A stretch of DNA of 64,000 bases from Chrysomallon squamiferum (lineage: Eukaryota > Animalia > Mollusca): assembly GCA_012295275.1 (NCBI GenBank), contig CM022668.1:3162001-3226000 (forward strand), given 5' to 3'. Made by a program: the position numbers and the translations under genes. Shown here one piece after another: positions 1 through 31,520 of the stretch; the stretch's first letter is position 1; the number at the start of each line of letters is the position of its first letter. Below the pieces are notes generated by a model. The model was not told the DNA's origin. It was given only the letters and a program-made list of their open reading frames with translations, and searched no databases.

Positions 1-65
1 AAACCTGTCTGATGCCGCTGACGAGACTCGAACATTCGCTTATACCGCATAACAGGACGACAACG

Positions 66-124
<59 letters not shown>

Positions 125-460
125 TGTGTGTGTGTGTGTGTGTGTGTGCTTAATATGAGACACTATTTTATTATTATAACTTGTATACTTGTATGTATGT
201 CTGCATGTATATTGGTGTATGTTTATTTGCGTATATGCATGTATTTGTTTATGTGTTTATGTACGTATGTATATATATGTATGTATATATATGTATGTGT
301 GTATGCATATGCATGTATATGTTTGTATGTATATATGTATGTATATGTACATATGTGCGTATAAATGTATGTTGCTTTGTTGTCTATATTTACTAGAAAC
401 TGGTAATTATGTGAAGATTTTACTTTTTTTGTATGAGAAAATAAGAGTTGAGATGTTTAA

Positions 461-515
<55 letters not shown>

Positions 516-690
516 GTAATAATAATAATAATAGTTGTTGTTATTGTTAATATTACTACTGCCACTAACAATAAAAACAGCGCACCACAACCACACAACT
601 ACTACTACTACTACCACTTCAACTTCTGCTACTATTTTAATTATCACCACCATCACCACTACTATTTCTACTGCTGCTGCTATTACTACT

Positions 691-721
<31 letters not shown>

Positions 722-1657
722 TACTACTAGTAGTACTACTACCACTACTACTATTACTACTACTACTACTATTACTACTACTACTGCTACAATTTTAATT
801 TCGGAATTCAAATAACTTCGGACAATTTCAGGTTTCATATCTGACATTGCGATGATTTGACGTATATTGTATGACGTCATTCGCACGTTGTTCACATGGT
901 ATGATAAATGTCGATATCAGGTTTGAAGTTAAAATTGCACGGAAACTGGATCACAAAGTCTGCTAAAAAAAAACCCAGGTAGTTCTTACTAAGAAACACC
1001 AAACGTGTATATATTTAATTTATTTAATTTTGATTTAGTACAATGCAGTTTGAGAAGAATGAATGAAACACGTACATGATATTGATGACATTTTATTGGT
1101 TTATCTATTTTTGTTTTAATATTTATAATTCGTTATGCATATTTATCTTTACAGAGAATTCTAAATATTCTGTTTATTTATTTATTTATTTATTTATTAC
1201 AATTTTTGTTGTTCTTTCTGTTTCTGTTCTTTTCTTTCTATTTATGTTTTTATTATCATTAACATTATATATTACTGTGTATTGCTGTTGTTCTTTCTTC
1301 CTTTCTTTCTTTCTTTATTTTTATTAACATATTTCACACAGATTTAAGAATTATATTAATATCACTGCGATTCTTTATTATTGCATTAAATGTGATAGAA
1401 ATCTTCTTTCAGCAAAAAAAAAAAAAAAATTAAGTGCGGAACTTCAACTGTAAAAAGAGGGATGTAACATCAAATTTGGACAATAAACTATATGATATAC
1501 ATATGTGTGTGTGTGTCTGTGTGTAGGTGTGTATGTGTGCGTGTGTGAGCGTGTGTATGTCTTAATTCAAATACGTATCATGTTAATTCTGTACGATTTT
1601 TTTTGAATCCATAACTCCGTTAAAGCTGCATTGATATTATCCAAATATAAATAATAG

Positions 1658-20492
<18,835 letters not shown>

Positions 20493-20603
20493 TTCGGAAA
20501 AAAACCTGAGTAGTGGAATGGTTCTGATAAGCAAATGTATTACCAGAAGTCTGTCATCAAATACTTTCTTCTAGAATGCTTTGAGTAATGCTTTTTATAA
20601 AAT

Positions 20604-21990
20604 TCATGATTGGGATAGACATTTATGTTACTTGAATGATTGTGGTAAACATTTTATTTAGTAGAATGATTGGTGATAAACATTTTTGTTACTTGAATGA
20701 TTATGGTAAACATATTAATTAATGGGATGAACATTTTTATTACTTGAATGATTGTGGTAAATACTTTATTTAGTGGAATGATTGGTGATACACATTTTTA
20801 TTACTTGAATGATTATGGTAAACATTTTAATTAATGGGATGATTGGGATGAACATTTATCTTACTTGAATGATTGTGGTAAACATTTTATTTAGTGGAAT
20901 GATTGGTGATAAACATTTTTATTGCTTGAATGATTGTGGTAAACATTTTATTTAGTGGAATGATTGGTGATACACATTTTTATTGCTTGAATGATTGTGG
21001 TAAACATTTTATTTAGTGGAATGATTGGTGATAAACATTTTTATTGCTTGAATGATTATGGTAAACATTTAAATTAACTGAATGATTGGGTTGAACATTT
21101 TTATTACTTGAATGATTGTAGTAAACATTTTATTTAGTGAAATGATTAGTGATAAACACATTTGTTACTTGAATGATTATGGTAAACATTTTATTTAGTG
21201 GAATGTTGAGGGTAAACGTTTTTTATTAATGGAATGATTGCAGTAATGATTGTGGTAATCATTTATTATTGGAATGATTGGGATGAACATTTCTATTACC
21301 TTGAATGATTCTGATAAATATTAACAGAATGATATCAGTAAACAATGTTACTACTTGTATGATTCTGGTAAATATAATTACTGGAATGTTGAGGGTAAAC
21401 ATTTTTATTAATGGAATGATTACTGTAAACATTTTTATTAATGGAATGATTACTGTAAACATTTTTATTACTCAAATCATTTTTGTAAACATTTGTTACT
21501 GGAATGATTGGGGTAAATATTAATTTATTAATTTTGTTATTTTTTTTATTTTATTAATGCTATGACAGGTAAAACTTATTAATAGAAAGATTAGGGTAAC
21601 ATTTTATATTATCTGTGTAATGGGTAGTTGTAAACAGTATCCTGACATACATTAAACATCTTGTATTAATGCTATGACAGGTAAAACTTATTACTTCACT
21701 TATTAGGGTAAACATACTTGTTGGAATGACTAGATAAATATTTTAATTGATTGAATGATGTGGGTAAACATTTTTATTAATGGAATAACATGAATAAGCA
21801 TTTATGTTAATGGAATTATATGAGTAAGAACTTTATTGTTCATATTATTGAGTAAATATTTGTATTAATTAAATGATTTGGATAAACAAAAATTATTAAA
21901 CTGGAATGGTAATAATTAAAAATTTTGATTAATGGAATAATTTGTGTAAAAATTTCCATTAATGGAATGATTTGAATAACATTTTTATTA
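20604..21990. repeat. Degenerate ~29-30 bp (dimeric ~59 bp) tandem repeat just downstream of the stop codon
   Basis: Recurring gaatgattgtggtaaacattttatttagtg / gaatgattggtgataaacatttttattactt units decaying rightward. Confidence 0.85.
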
Positions 21991-22570
21991 ATGTAGCAGT
22001 TTTGATAAATATTTCTACTTTTACAATCAGTATGTAAAGTTATATTTGTAAATTTATTTATTAGCTAGAAAAATACCTTTACATTTTTGTAATGATTATA
22101 TCTAACTATAATATTGTTTCAAAATCATATACACAGTTTTAGTGTAGATTATCAATGAAAACCTTTTCATATGTCCCAGGTTACCCTACCTTCTGTAGAG
22201 AATGTTTACAAAGTCCCAGAAATTAGTTTTGTTTTATTTTGTTTTGTTTTGTTTGTTTTATGTTGTTGTTGTTTTTTAATTATATATATATATATATATG
22301 TTTTTAAACCTTTTCTTAGACTTAGTAAATATTTCTGAGAAATGTACATGAGTCTTAGAAAACGTAATAACGTTAATAAAATTTTATACAAGATAAATAT
22401 AATAAAATAAAAATGAAAATATAAAAAAGTAACAAAAAAAATAAATAAAATAAACTGAAGTATTGTGTTTTGTTATGGATGAAATTATATTTAATATTTT
22501 TAACTTTTACTTAAAAGTAAAAAAAAATAAAAAACCATTATCAAAAATATTTGTTAAACAAAGTTATTAT

Positions 22571-22686
<116 letters not shown>

Positions 22687-23155
22687 GCCGGTGTGTAAAA
22701 TTGTTGAGTATTTTTAGTTGATGTAAAGAATGATAAATACAGTAATACTATAAAATAAATCCCACTCCACACAAAAATCATTCTATTTCTACTGGAATGC
22801 ACTCATCATGAAACAATGGTATGACATAAACAAGTAATATAAATCATAAATCGTAAATAATAATGAAAAGAAAAATTGGTAGGTTATTTATTTATTTATT
22901 TGTATTAATTAAATGATTTGGGTAACAGTACCATACGAATTTGTAGAAACAAGAAAATAATTTTAAATATATACTTTCAAATGTATTTATTTTGAAATAT
23001 TTTTTTAAAAGCAAAAGCAATAAATTATAAGTAAAAATAGTGCTTTCATTTCACGTATATTGACTCGAATATGAATTATATCATTTAAATGAAAAAACAA
23101 CAACAACAACAAAAAAAGACTTTCATCACCAAATTTTGCTGCAGAATAGAGACCA

Positions 23156-24280
23156 TCAGGCGAAACTAGGGGAGGAAACACTGCGATTGATAACTAGGTG
23201 ACCCTTATTGTCTGCCCTTAGTGATGACGTCATAGTAACCCCGACGCTGAGGCTTTGACACATAGCCATCTGTTGTAGTTTGTTAATAATCAACGACGTT
23301 TCCAGAACACTTTGCAAACCAGACGACACCGAAAAATACTCTCTAGTTTCCTTTTTGAGCAGTTTATAATACACGACGCAAACGGTTTTCAGAAATTTTT
23401 GCTTGAACGTTTTGTTAAATATTATGATAACTACAGGGTTGATGACGCCGCACAAGAACGACAACCAGACGAATGACGTCACCAGTTCCTTGGATAACGT
23501 CCCTTTGTTCGATACGTCCACAACAAACAAGATGTTGAGCGGCATCCTGAACAACGAGTAACAACAAATTATCACAAGCAAAGCTCTGAGAGCTCTGAGC
23601 GTTGTCCTGGAGTAGGAGAGGTTTTTTCTTTGGGTAGACACGTTATACAGATGGCTCGGAACAATCACGGCAAAAATTCGATGATGTGATTTGGCCTCTT
23701 TGATAATTTTCAGAACTGTACACAAGATAATAAACGCCGGTATGAACGATCCAAAAAATCCTTTAACAAACGAAAATTCTGCTTGTCTGTCGGTGAGAAT
23801 CACACACAGCGAGTACCTGGACGAAAACACGTACGCCGAGTTGGACGTGAACGGAAATAAGGTTAAAGCTAAACTGTGAATCCACGCGTAGCTGATCATT
23901 CCTGTCACCGAACACTTTCCTATGATACTCGAGTACTTGAGCGGCCTGCTCACTGCCACGCATCTGTCTATACACACCATCAACAGACTGAGGAACGCGG
24001 CACTGTTTCCGAGAGCGTGGCAGAAACCGGAAATGACGCAATACGTATCCCATGAAACGAAGTGGTAAGACATTTTCGCCAGCCCGGCAAAAGGCGTCAC
24101 GAATATTGCAACGAGAAGTTCCCCTACTAAAAGAGACACGAGAAGGAAGTTTGTGTTCGTGTGCAGGATTGAAGTGCGAATGATAATAAATATGAGGATG
24201 AAATTGAAAAACATCGCGGAAAAACTCAAGATGAAAGCAATCATTGCTACGACAGTGTTTACGTCATTCTCTGACGTCAT
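23156..24280 (-). CDS. Intronless class A (rhodopsin-like) orphan GPCR, loosely GPR161/aminergic-like, 374 aa
   Basis: Seven hydrophobic segments; TM1 N, TM3 C and IDRCVAVSRPLKY, TM4 W (YAWIHSL), ECL2 Cys, TM5 P, TM6 P, TM7 INP and helix-8 NKTFKQKF. Confidence 0.92.
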   Translation of the reverse strand: MTSENDVNTVVAMIAFILSFSAMFFNFILIFIIIRTSILHTNTNFLLVSLLVGELLVAIFVTPFAGLAKMSYHFVSWDTYCVISGFCHALGNSAAFLSLLMVCIDRCVAVSRPLKYSSIIGKCSVTGMISYAWIHSLALTLFPFTSNSAYVFSSRYSLCVILTDRQAEFSFVKGFFGSFIPAFIILCTVLKIIKEAKSHHRIFAVIVPSHLYNVSTQRKNLSYSRTTLRALRALLVIICCYSLFRMPLNILFVVDVSNKGTLSKELVTSFVWLSFLCGVINPVVIIIFNKTFKQKFLKTVCVVYYKLLKKETREYFSVSSGLQSVLETSLIINKLQQMAMCQSLSVGVTMTSSLRADNKGHLVINRSVSSPSFA

Positions 24281-25084
24281 TGAAGGAATGTAAGAATCAC
24301 TATAGAGAGCGAATTAGATAACTCGTACAAAAATAACTCTTTCCATAATTTCAAGCATTTCACAGGTAAACCGCGTGCAGTTCATTATATAAAAAAAGAA
24401 CCTTGAAATACGTTTAGTTTCTGTATGTTATAATCTTTCATATTTACACATTATTTCAAATAGCGAGTAATGTTAAGCGTGTACGAATGTTGTTTAATAA
24501 TACGGACAACTTATATTTAATATAAACATAATATTCTTGCTGTTCTTTTTGTTCCCGTTGTTAGAAATCGCTTAATTTTCTTATAAATCAAATAGTATAG
24601 ATTTCTGTATCACATCACATTATTTCTTAATAACAATGTTATTTTGTTATTTTTTCATTTAGATTACTTCTTTTCATAATTTAAATAATTATTCAGAATA
24701 CTCGACACACTCATTTTCACAATGAACAAATGTGAATGTCCAAACATAACCTGATTTGAAATCAGGACTAATTCACTGTCCGTATAATCAGCATCTGCAC
24801 GGCAGCTGAATAATGGCTTATTTTATGAAGTAAGTGTAATAGATTATTTTTTCCACGTAAGTGTAATGACAGCTGATCCAGTCGAATTAATTAGGATGCA
24901 GTGACGTCAGATGTAGTTGAAACACAATCTGCCAAAACCAAGAAAATCCATTCCTTGCTTCAGTGATGTAACAAAATATCGTTGCAATAAAATTCTTCGT
25001 GTTTTTTTTACAATGCTTGCATTCTGCAGCGAAATCTGAAAAATAATACATGACGAATAAATATATACTGCTTTTAACATTAAA

Positions 25085-25174
<90 letters not shown>

Positions 25175-25320
25175 GTTGAATAATGATTTTTTTATTTTTT
25201 TTTAATAAATGTAATTTATTACTACGTGAAAATTGCATACATGTAGAAATTACTATCGATCGATCATTATCATGAATATAATAATCCTACCTGTCGATTT
25301 CCTACCTCTTTCTTCTGTGA

Positions 25321-25365
<45 letters not shown>

Positions 25366-25721
25366 TTAGTATTTCACATTATTTATCATCAATAAACTAA
25401 CGCATGAAAACTATTGTAGTACAAATCTCCAAAATAACTGAACAAAAAACAACAAAGAAAAAACAAAACTAACAAAAACATTAAAAAACCCACAAGTTTA
25501 AATACACTTAACAAAAAGGTTTTAAGATAGAAAGAAAGTATTGAATGAATAAATGAATGAATGAATAAATAAATAAATAAAATACTTTAAAAAAACTCAT
25601 ATATATAAAATAAATAAGTAATAATAATAACAAAAAACAACGGAAAAAAAAAAACCCATCCAGTAATAACAATAACAAAAATAATAGCAATAATAACATT
25701 AGCAACAACAACAACAACAGC

Positions 25722-25812
<91 letters not shown>

Positions 25813-26610
25813 GGAAGATGAAGAACAGGAGAAATAAAAACAACAACAAAAGCAACAGAAGCGGTGAAGCAGCTATTTAGTCATCTACACTTCAAACGAT
25901 GTTAATTAATTAAAAACGATATTTCTTCTTCGGGAAAATACAGAATATTTTTATAATCATCGCTAATGAGGTTTCGTTAAGCTTGGGATATTTCAGCTTT
26001 AGCTCAATCTCATCAACCTGCACATAATCTGATCAGAGAATAATGTGAGGGCAGGTGCGGACGGAGCAGGGTGGGGGGGGGTCCTAACATTCCCAACATT
26101 ACGTCAAGAAATATTATCTGGAAAGCCGTGTAATATTAAACATATTTGATGTGAAATATTGCCTGCACTGTATATTTAAACTTTCCATGGAATGACGTAT
26201 AATAATTAAATATATTTAATGAGAAATATTGCCTATGTCACCATATTATCCATGCATTCGTCTATCTGTGAACAAGTAACACAGATAACATACATACATA
26301 CATATATACATACATACATACACATACATAGATATTGAAGTTATACAAACAATAAATGTAACTTGTTTTTATCTTCTTCTTCTTCTTTTTCTTCTTCTTT
26401 TTTTCTTCTTTTTTTTCTTCTTCTTATACTATATACATTACAAAGAAAATTTCTATAAACCAACAGTAGTGTACATTATTATTATTACTATTATTTTCAT
26501 CATCATCATCATCATCATTATTATTATTATTGTTATTATTATTATATTTCATATATTACACGTGAAAATTCTACAAATCAACAATGCTTATATTATTATT
26601 ATTATTATTA

Positions 26611-26665
<55 letters not shown>

Positions 26666-27370
26666 TATATCGTATACCTCATACATTACAGAGGAAATTT
26701 CTACAAACAAAAAGTTCCTTACATTATAAAGTGACAATCGTTATTCCGGCTTATCCTGATATTTTTTCAACTAGTGGTGTACATTACAATACACCAGTGA
26801 ATATAAACGGTTTTTCCTTTGATCTTCTAATGTAGCAAACACCGCAGAACAACAATGAATACAACCGGCTTTCCTTCCAGTCTGACAACAAAACAAGAAA
26901 TAATTACAACAGGTTTTTTTTGTTTGGTTTTTTTGTGTCACTACTTCAACGTGTATATGCCTCTAATTGCTTTAGTCCTGTCACATCCGTGTACTTAGAT
27001 ACTGAATCGATACCTCGTCATTCCCGTCTTTATCACCGTCAAAAAAAAAAAAAAAAAAAAAAAATTGCCTCAGTTATCAAGTATCTGCGTGTTTTGACGA
27101 CGAAGCTGATAACGAGTGCGTGGTGGGTGAATAGTTAGCTCTGTTTTACCTACGTCGTGGATATTTATAGAAAGAAAAAAAAAAAAAAAAACTAATCATC
27201 TCGTTGTTATTGTGAGGAAGACGATAATGTTACTGATTAACCGAACAAAACCGTGCACGTACGTATACGTGAATGTGTGCGTATGTGTGTGTGAATATAT
27301 AATTTATATATATGTATATATATATATTACGTATTAAAATTATATATACACATTATATATATATATATAT

Positions 27371-27403
<33 letters not shown>

Positions 27404-27498
27404 CACACACGATAATACAAACTTGTGTATGTGTGCCTATAATAATAATACTTCATATACTCTCTCTCCTTCTCTCTCTCTCCTTCTCTCTCTGTCTC

Positions 27499-27626
<128 letters not shown>

Positions 27627-28120
27627 TCCACTCAAACTTCGATTTTACATACAAAAGCGAGAAAACTCAGATGTGGATAACTGAAATCCTCAATTTCTCA
27701 AATGTGTCTTTAGTCCCAGACTATGAATTTAACAGGAATTAGCAGACAGATAGACAGACAGACACATAGAAAAAAACACAGACAGTCAGTGCATCACTTA
27801 GTCAAAGAAGAAAACAAAAATTACATTATGTTAAAATATAACGTATTACATTCTTTTACATTACGTTACTTTATTTTGTAACATTCCTTTATATTATTTT
27901 ACGATGTAGAGCCTTATAGCACTTTACATTACATTCCAGTATACTACGTGATGTGACACTAAACTCTCTTGTATTACATTTTATTATATTACGTTGCACA
28001 TTGTTACATTCCGTTATGTCAAGCTGACTCTTTGTCACATTATATTATATTACAATTCATATTATTTTACGCAACTTAATGTACAGTATGGAAACTAATA
28101 GTATGTCATAGTACTGAACG

Positions 28121-28187
<67 letters not shown>

Positions 28188-28911
28188 ATTATATATCCAC
28201 AGAGATTTGCACGCGCTCAGGCGCAATATTATAAAATGAACATATTAAACGTATTTACACATATAAAGCTATTAACAACATTAATTTCTTCTTATTAACT
28301 GCAGTTGGCATTTATTCTCTATTGAATGCCCTAATTATAGATACCTCCCTTCAGCCCTGGTTATGACACTATTCCCCCCACATCCACACACACAAAAAAA
28401 ACACCCCTCCCCCCAAAAAAAACAGCAAAAAAATAAAAAAATAAAAAAATTAAAAAATAAAAATAAAAATAACAACAGAAATCTTATATAACCACTGATG
28501 TTTCTTAGTAACTTTATAAACAACACGATATACGCACCTTTAATAAAACAACTGACGACTGCGTGGAACAAATAAACTTCATACGTGTCCAAAGCGACAC
28601 CTACAACCAGTCACGTGACCTGCTTGGACAGTCAGTTAGTGTCCTTTTTGTTTCTCTCTTTTTATAACGTTTTTGTTTCATGTGATAGATGTATTTATCC
28701 ATTCCGCCATTTTGCGTCTGGCAGCTCCCAAAGCGCGGGAAACTGATTAGAACCACAAGCAGACGACAAAAATCAATCTTTTATTGCCATTGTAAAGGTG
28801 CTTCGCTTTGTTTCCTCCAAGTCGTCACTCTCATGTACCTGTGTATTTATTTAGTTGCTCGGCAACAGTGTGTCTTTGTAGTAAAATGATGACGTAGAGA
28901 GTTTGAAATTG

Positions 28912-29002
<91 letters not shown>

Positions 29003-29077
29003 TTATATGCAAGTTTAATTATACTGTTATTAAAATATTAAAAATGACAATTATTTAATAATAATAATAATAATAAT

Positions 29078-29126
<49 letters not shown>

Positions 29127-29904
29127 TTACGAAGAAAAGAGCGAATAAAAGAAAAGAAGAATAAAAATATAATCCGAAAGAGAGAGAAAAAAATAATATT
29201 GATTAAATCTACAAATGGAAAATGGCTGTGTTACAGTGTAGCAAACCGCTGCAAGTCAAAACGGTAGAATCTTTCAACTAAGCTTTACCAGTGAAAAGTC
29301 TGATGATTCTCACACTTGAATTTCGGAATGCTGCTCACAAGAAAAAAAAAAAAAAAAAAAAAAACAGTAAAAAACACACAACAAAACAAACGCGATAAAT
29401 AAACAACAAAGCAACAACATATCAGATTAAACTCGTTCCCATGTTGACCTATTATTTCAAAGCTTAACATATGTTTGCTAAGCTTAAGGTATGTGTGTCT
29501 TTATCTCTGCATCTGTATTTGTCGGTATATGTGCATTGTATGTAAGTTTGTTTGTACGTACGTATGTTCGTATGTATGTATAAAAGGTAGATAGGTAGTT
29601 AAATACGTATTTCTGAATATATGTGTGTTTGTATCATTGTAAAAATATGTTCATATTTGTACATATGTTTGAATCTAATTTGAATATGAGAAAGATAATA
29701 GTAATTAAAAAAAAAATAATAATAAATAAATAAACAAGCAAACAAACAAGCAATAAAAAAAAAAAAAACACAACAAAAAAAAAAAAAAAAAAAAAAACAC
29801 AAAAAAAAATCACGTGAAAAGAAACAACAGCAAATCAACAAAAGACAAAAAAAACAAAGCCAAACAATCACAGCCGACTACACTTTAATCAAATTAACAG
29901 CAAT

Positions 29905-30186
29905 CAGTCTGACTTGGTATCGACTGTATCTTCATAACAGTTCTCTTGTATGTGTATGTCAGTCTGTATACGTGTTTGAGTGTGTATGTGGTTGTATATG
30001 CATGTGTGTATGCATTTGTATGTGTTTGTCTGTCTGTGTGTGATATTCATAACTCTTCTCTTGAAAGAAACGCCAGTCTATCCAGATTAGAACCGTGACA
30101 TGCTGAATAAAACCAGCCTCGTTTGCACTTTAGATCACACCCACGTGACTCTGTCCAAATCTTTAGTAGGGGACTCAGAATCCTGG
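29905..30186 (-). pseudogene. Decayed copy of the FReD terminal exon (exon 6), interrupted by a TG-rich simple repeat
   Basis: ctgacttggtatcgactgtatcttcataacagttctct and cagattagaaccgtgacat...cccacgtgactctgtccaa match 35090-35300 and 57380-57590, with many indels. Confidence 0.75.
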
Positions 30187-30732
30187 TTATAATCTTGGTG
30201 TTGTAATGGACGTAGTAGCTATAGTAATAGTAGTAGCAATAGTTGTAGTAATAGTAGTAGCAGTAGATGCAGTAGTAGCAACTGCTGTTGTAGTGATAGT
30301 AATAATTCTATAATAGTAGTAGTAGCTGCTTTTGTAATGGTAGTATTATTGTAAGTTAAAAATGTTTTGTATTGCACGTATTCACTGTCTCATTCATTGT
30401 TTTATTTTATAGAAAGCTCTGAGATTACAAACAAATAATGTAAATATATCCTGAATACTCCAACGTTTCCTTGTAATAATAACTATAATAGTAATAATAA
30501 TAATAATATTGTTGTTGTTGTTTTTATTATTATTAGTAGTAGTTGTAGTAGTAGTAGCAGTAGAAGTAGTAGTAATAGTTGTTGTTTTGTTGCTCTTGAA
30601 CCAGAAATGTAGTATACTAGAAGTAGTTATATTTATAGCACTAGTTGCAGTAGTAGTAATAGTAGTGCGACAGATCTGACACTAATAATGTCAGAAAATC
30701 TGTACAAAATAAACATAAAACAAATAGTTTAC

Positions 30733-30836
30733 CTTCTAAGCCAGTCGTCATATCCCCACCCCCAGTGTTCACCGTGTGACTCTGCTACAGTCAGACATGT
30801 TAGAACCAACACACAAAGAAATAGAAATCATTTCAT
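30733..30836 (-). pseudogene. FReD signal-peptide exon (exon 1) copy with a stop at codon 3
   Basis: Reads MK*FLFLCVLVLTCLTVAESHGEHWGWGYDDWLR then AG|gtaaac; paralogous to 43063-43166 and 60630-60733. Confidence 0.85.
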
Positions 30837-30943
30837 TTTTAGTCTTTTTACCCTTCTTCTAGTAGTCAGCATTTTGACGAGCTATGTGAACACTGGAAAT
30901 ATGAGACGTCTATTTTTTCCTTCTTTTTATTCATGTGTTTTTC

Positions 30944-30994
<51 letters not shown>

Positions 30995-31339
30995 TTCACA
31001 TGCTCTTTTGTAATTTCGTTCAAAGCTGTTACAGAAAATATGTCACGTGTTAACCTTTCGACGTTCATGATTTTTTTCTCTCGATCTTCTGAAACGTGAT
31101 TTAAACTAGTTTATTTCCAAGTAATCTACTTCTTATTTATTTATTTTGTTATATTTTGCTTTTTATTTATAAAAACTTTAATTTAAATGTAATTTATTAT
31201 TAATTTATATAAAATATTATTATTCTTTTGCTATATTGTTGCTATATGTATTACGTAGCTATGAGTGTATATGTATGTTTCTATGCATGCATGTTTTATT
31301 ATTATTATTATTATTTTTGTTGTTGTTGTTGTTACTATT

Positions 31340-31379
<40 letters not shown>

Positions 31380-31520
31380 TTTTGCGCAAAACAAACCTGT
31401 CCTAATTCTAGTTACATGTTTACTTTCCACCAAAATTGGTAGAATATACGGACACTAATAAAACAGATTTTTCTCATTCTTATTCTCTTTCTGCTAGCTC
31501 GATAATACGTGTTACCCATT

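Noticed and set aside
23156-24280. GPCR as a possible opsin
   Set aside because: Position 7.43 is Phe, not the retinal-binding Lys
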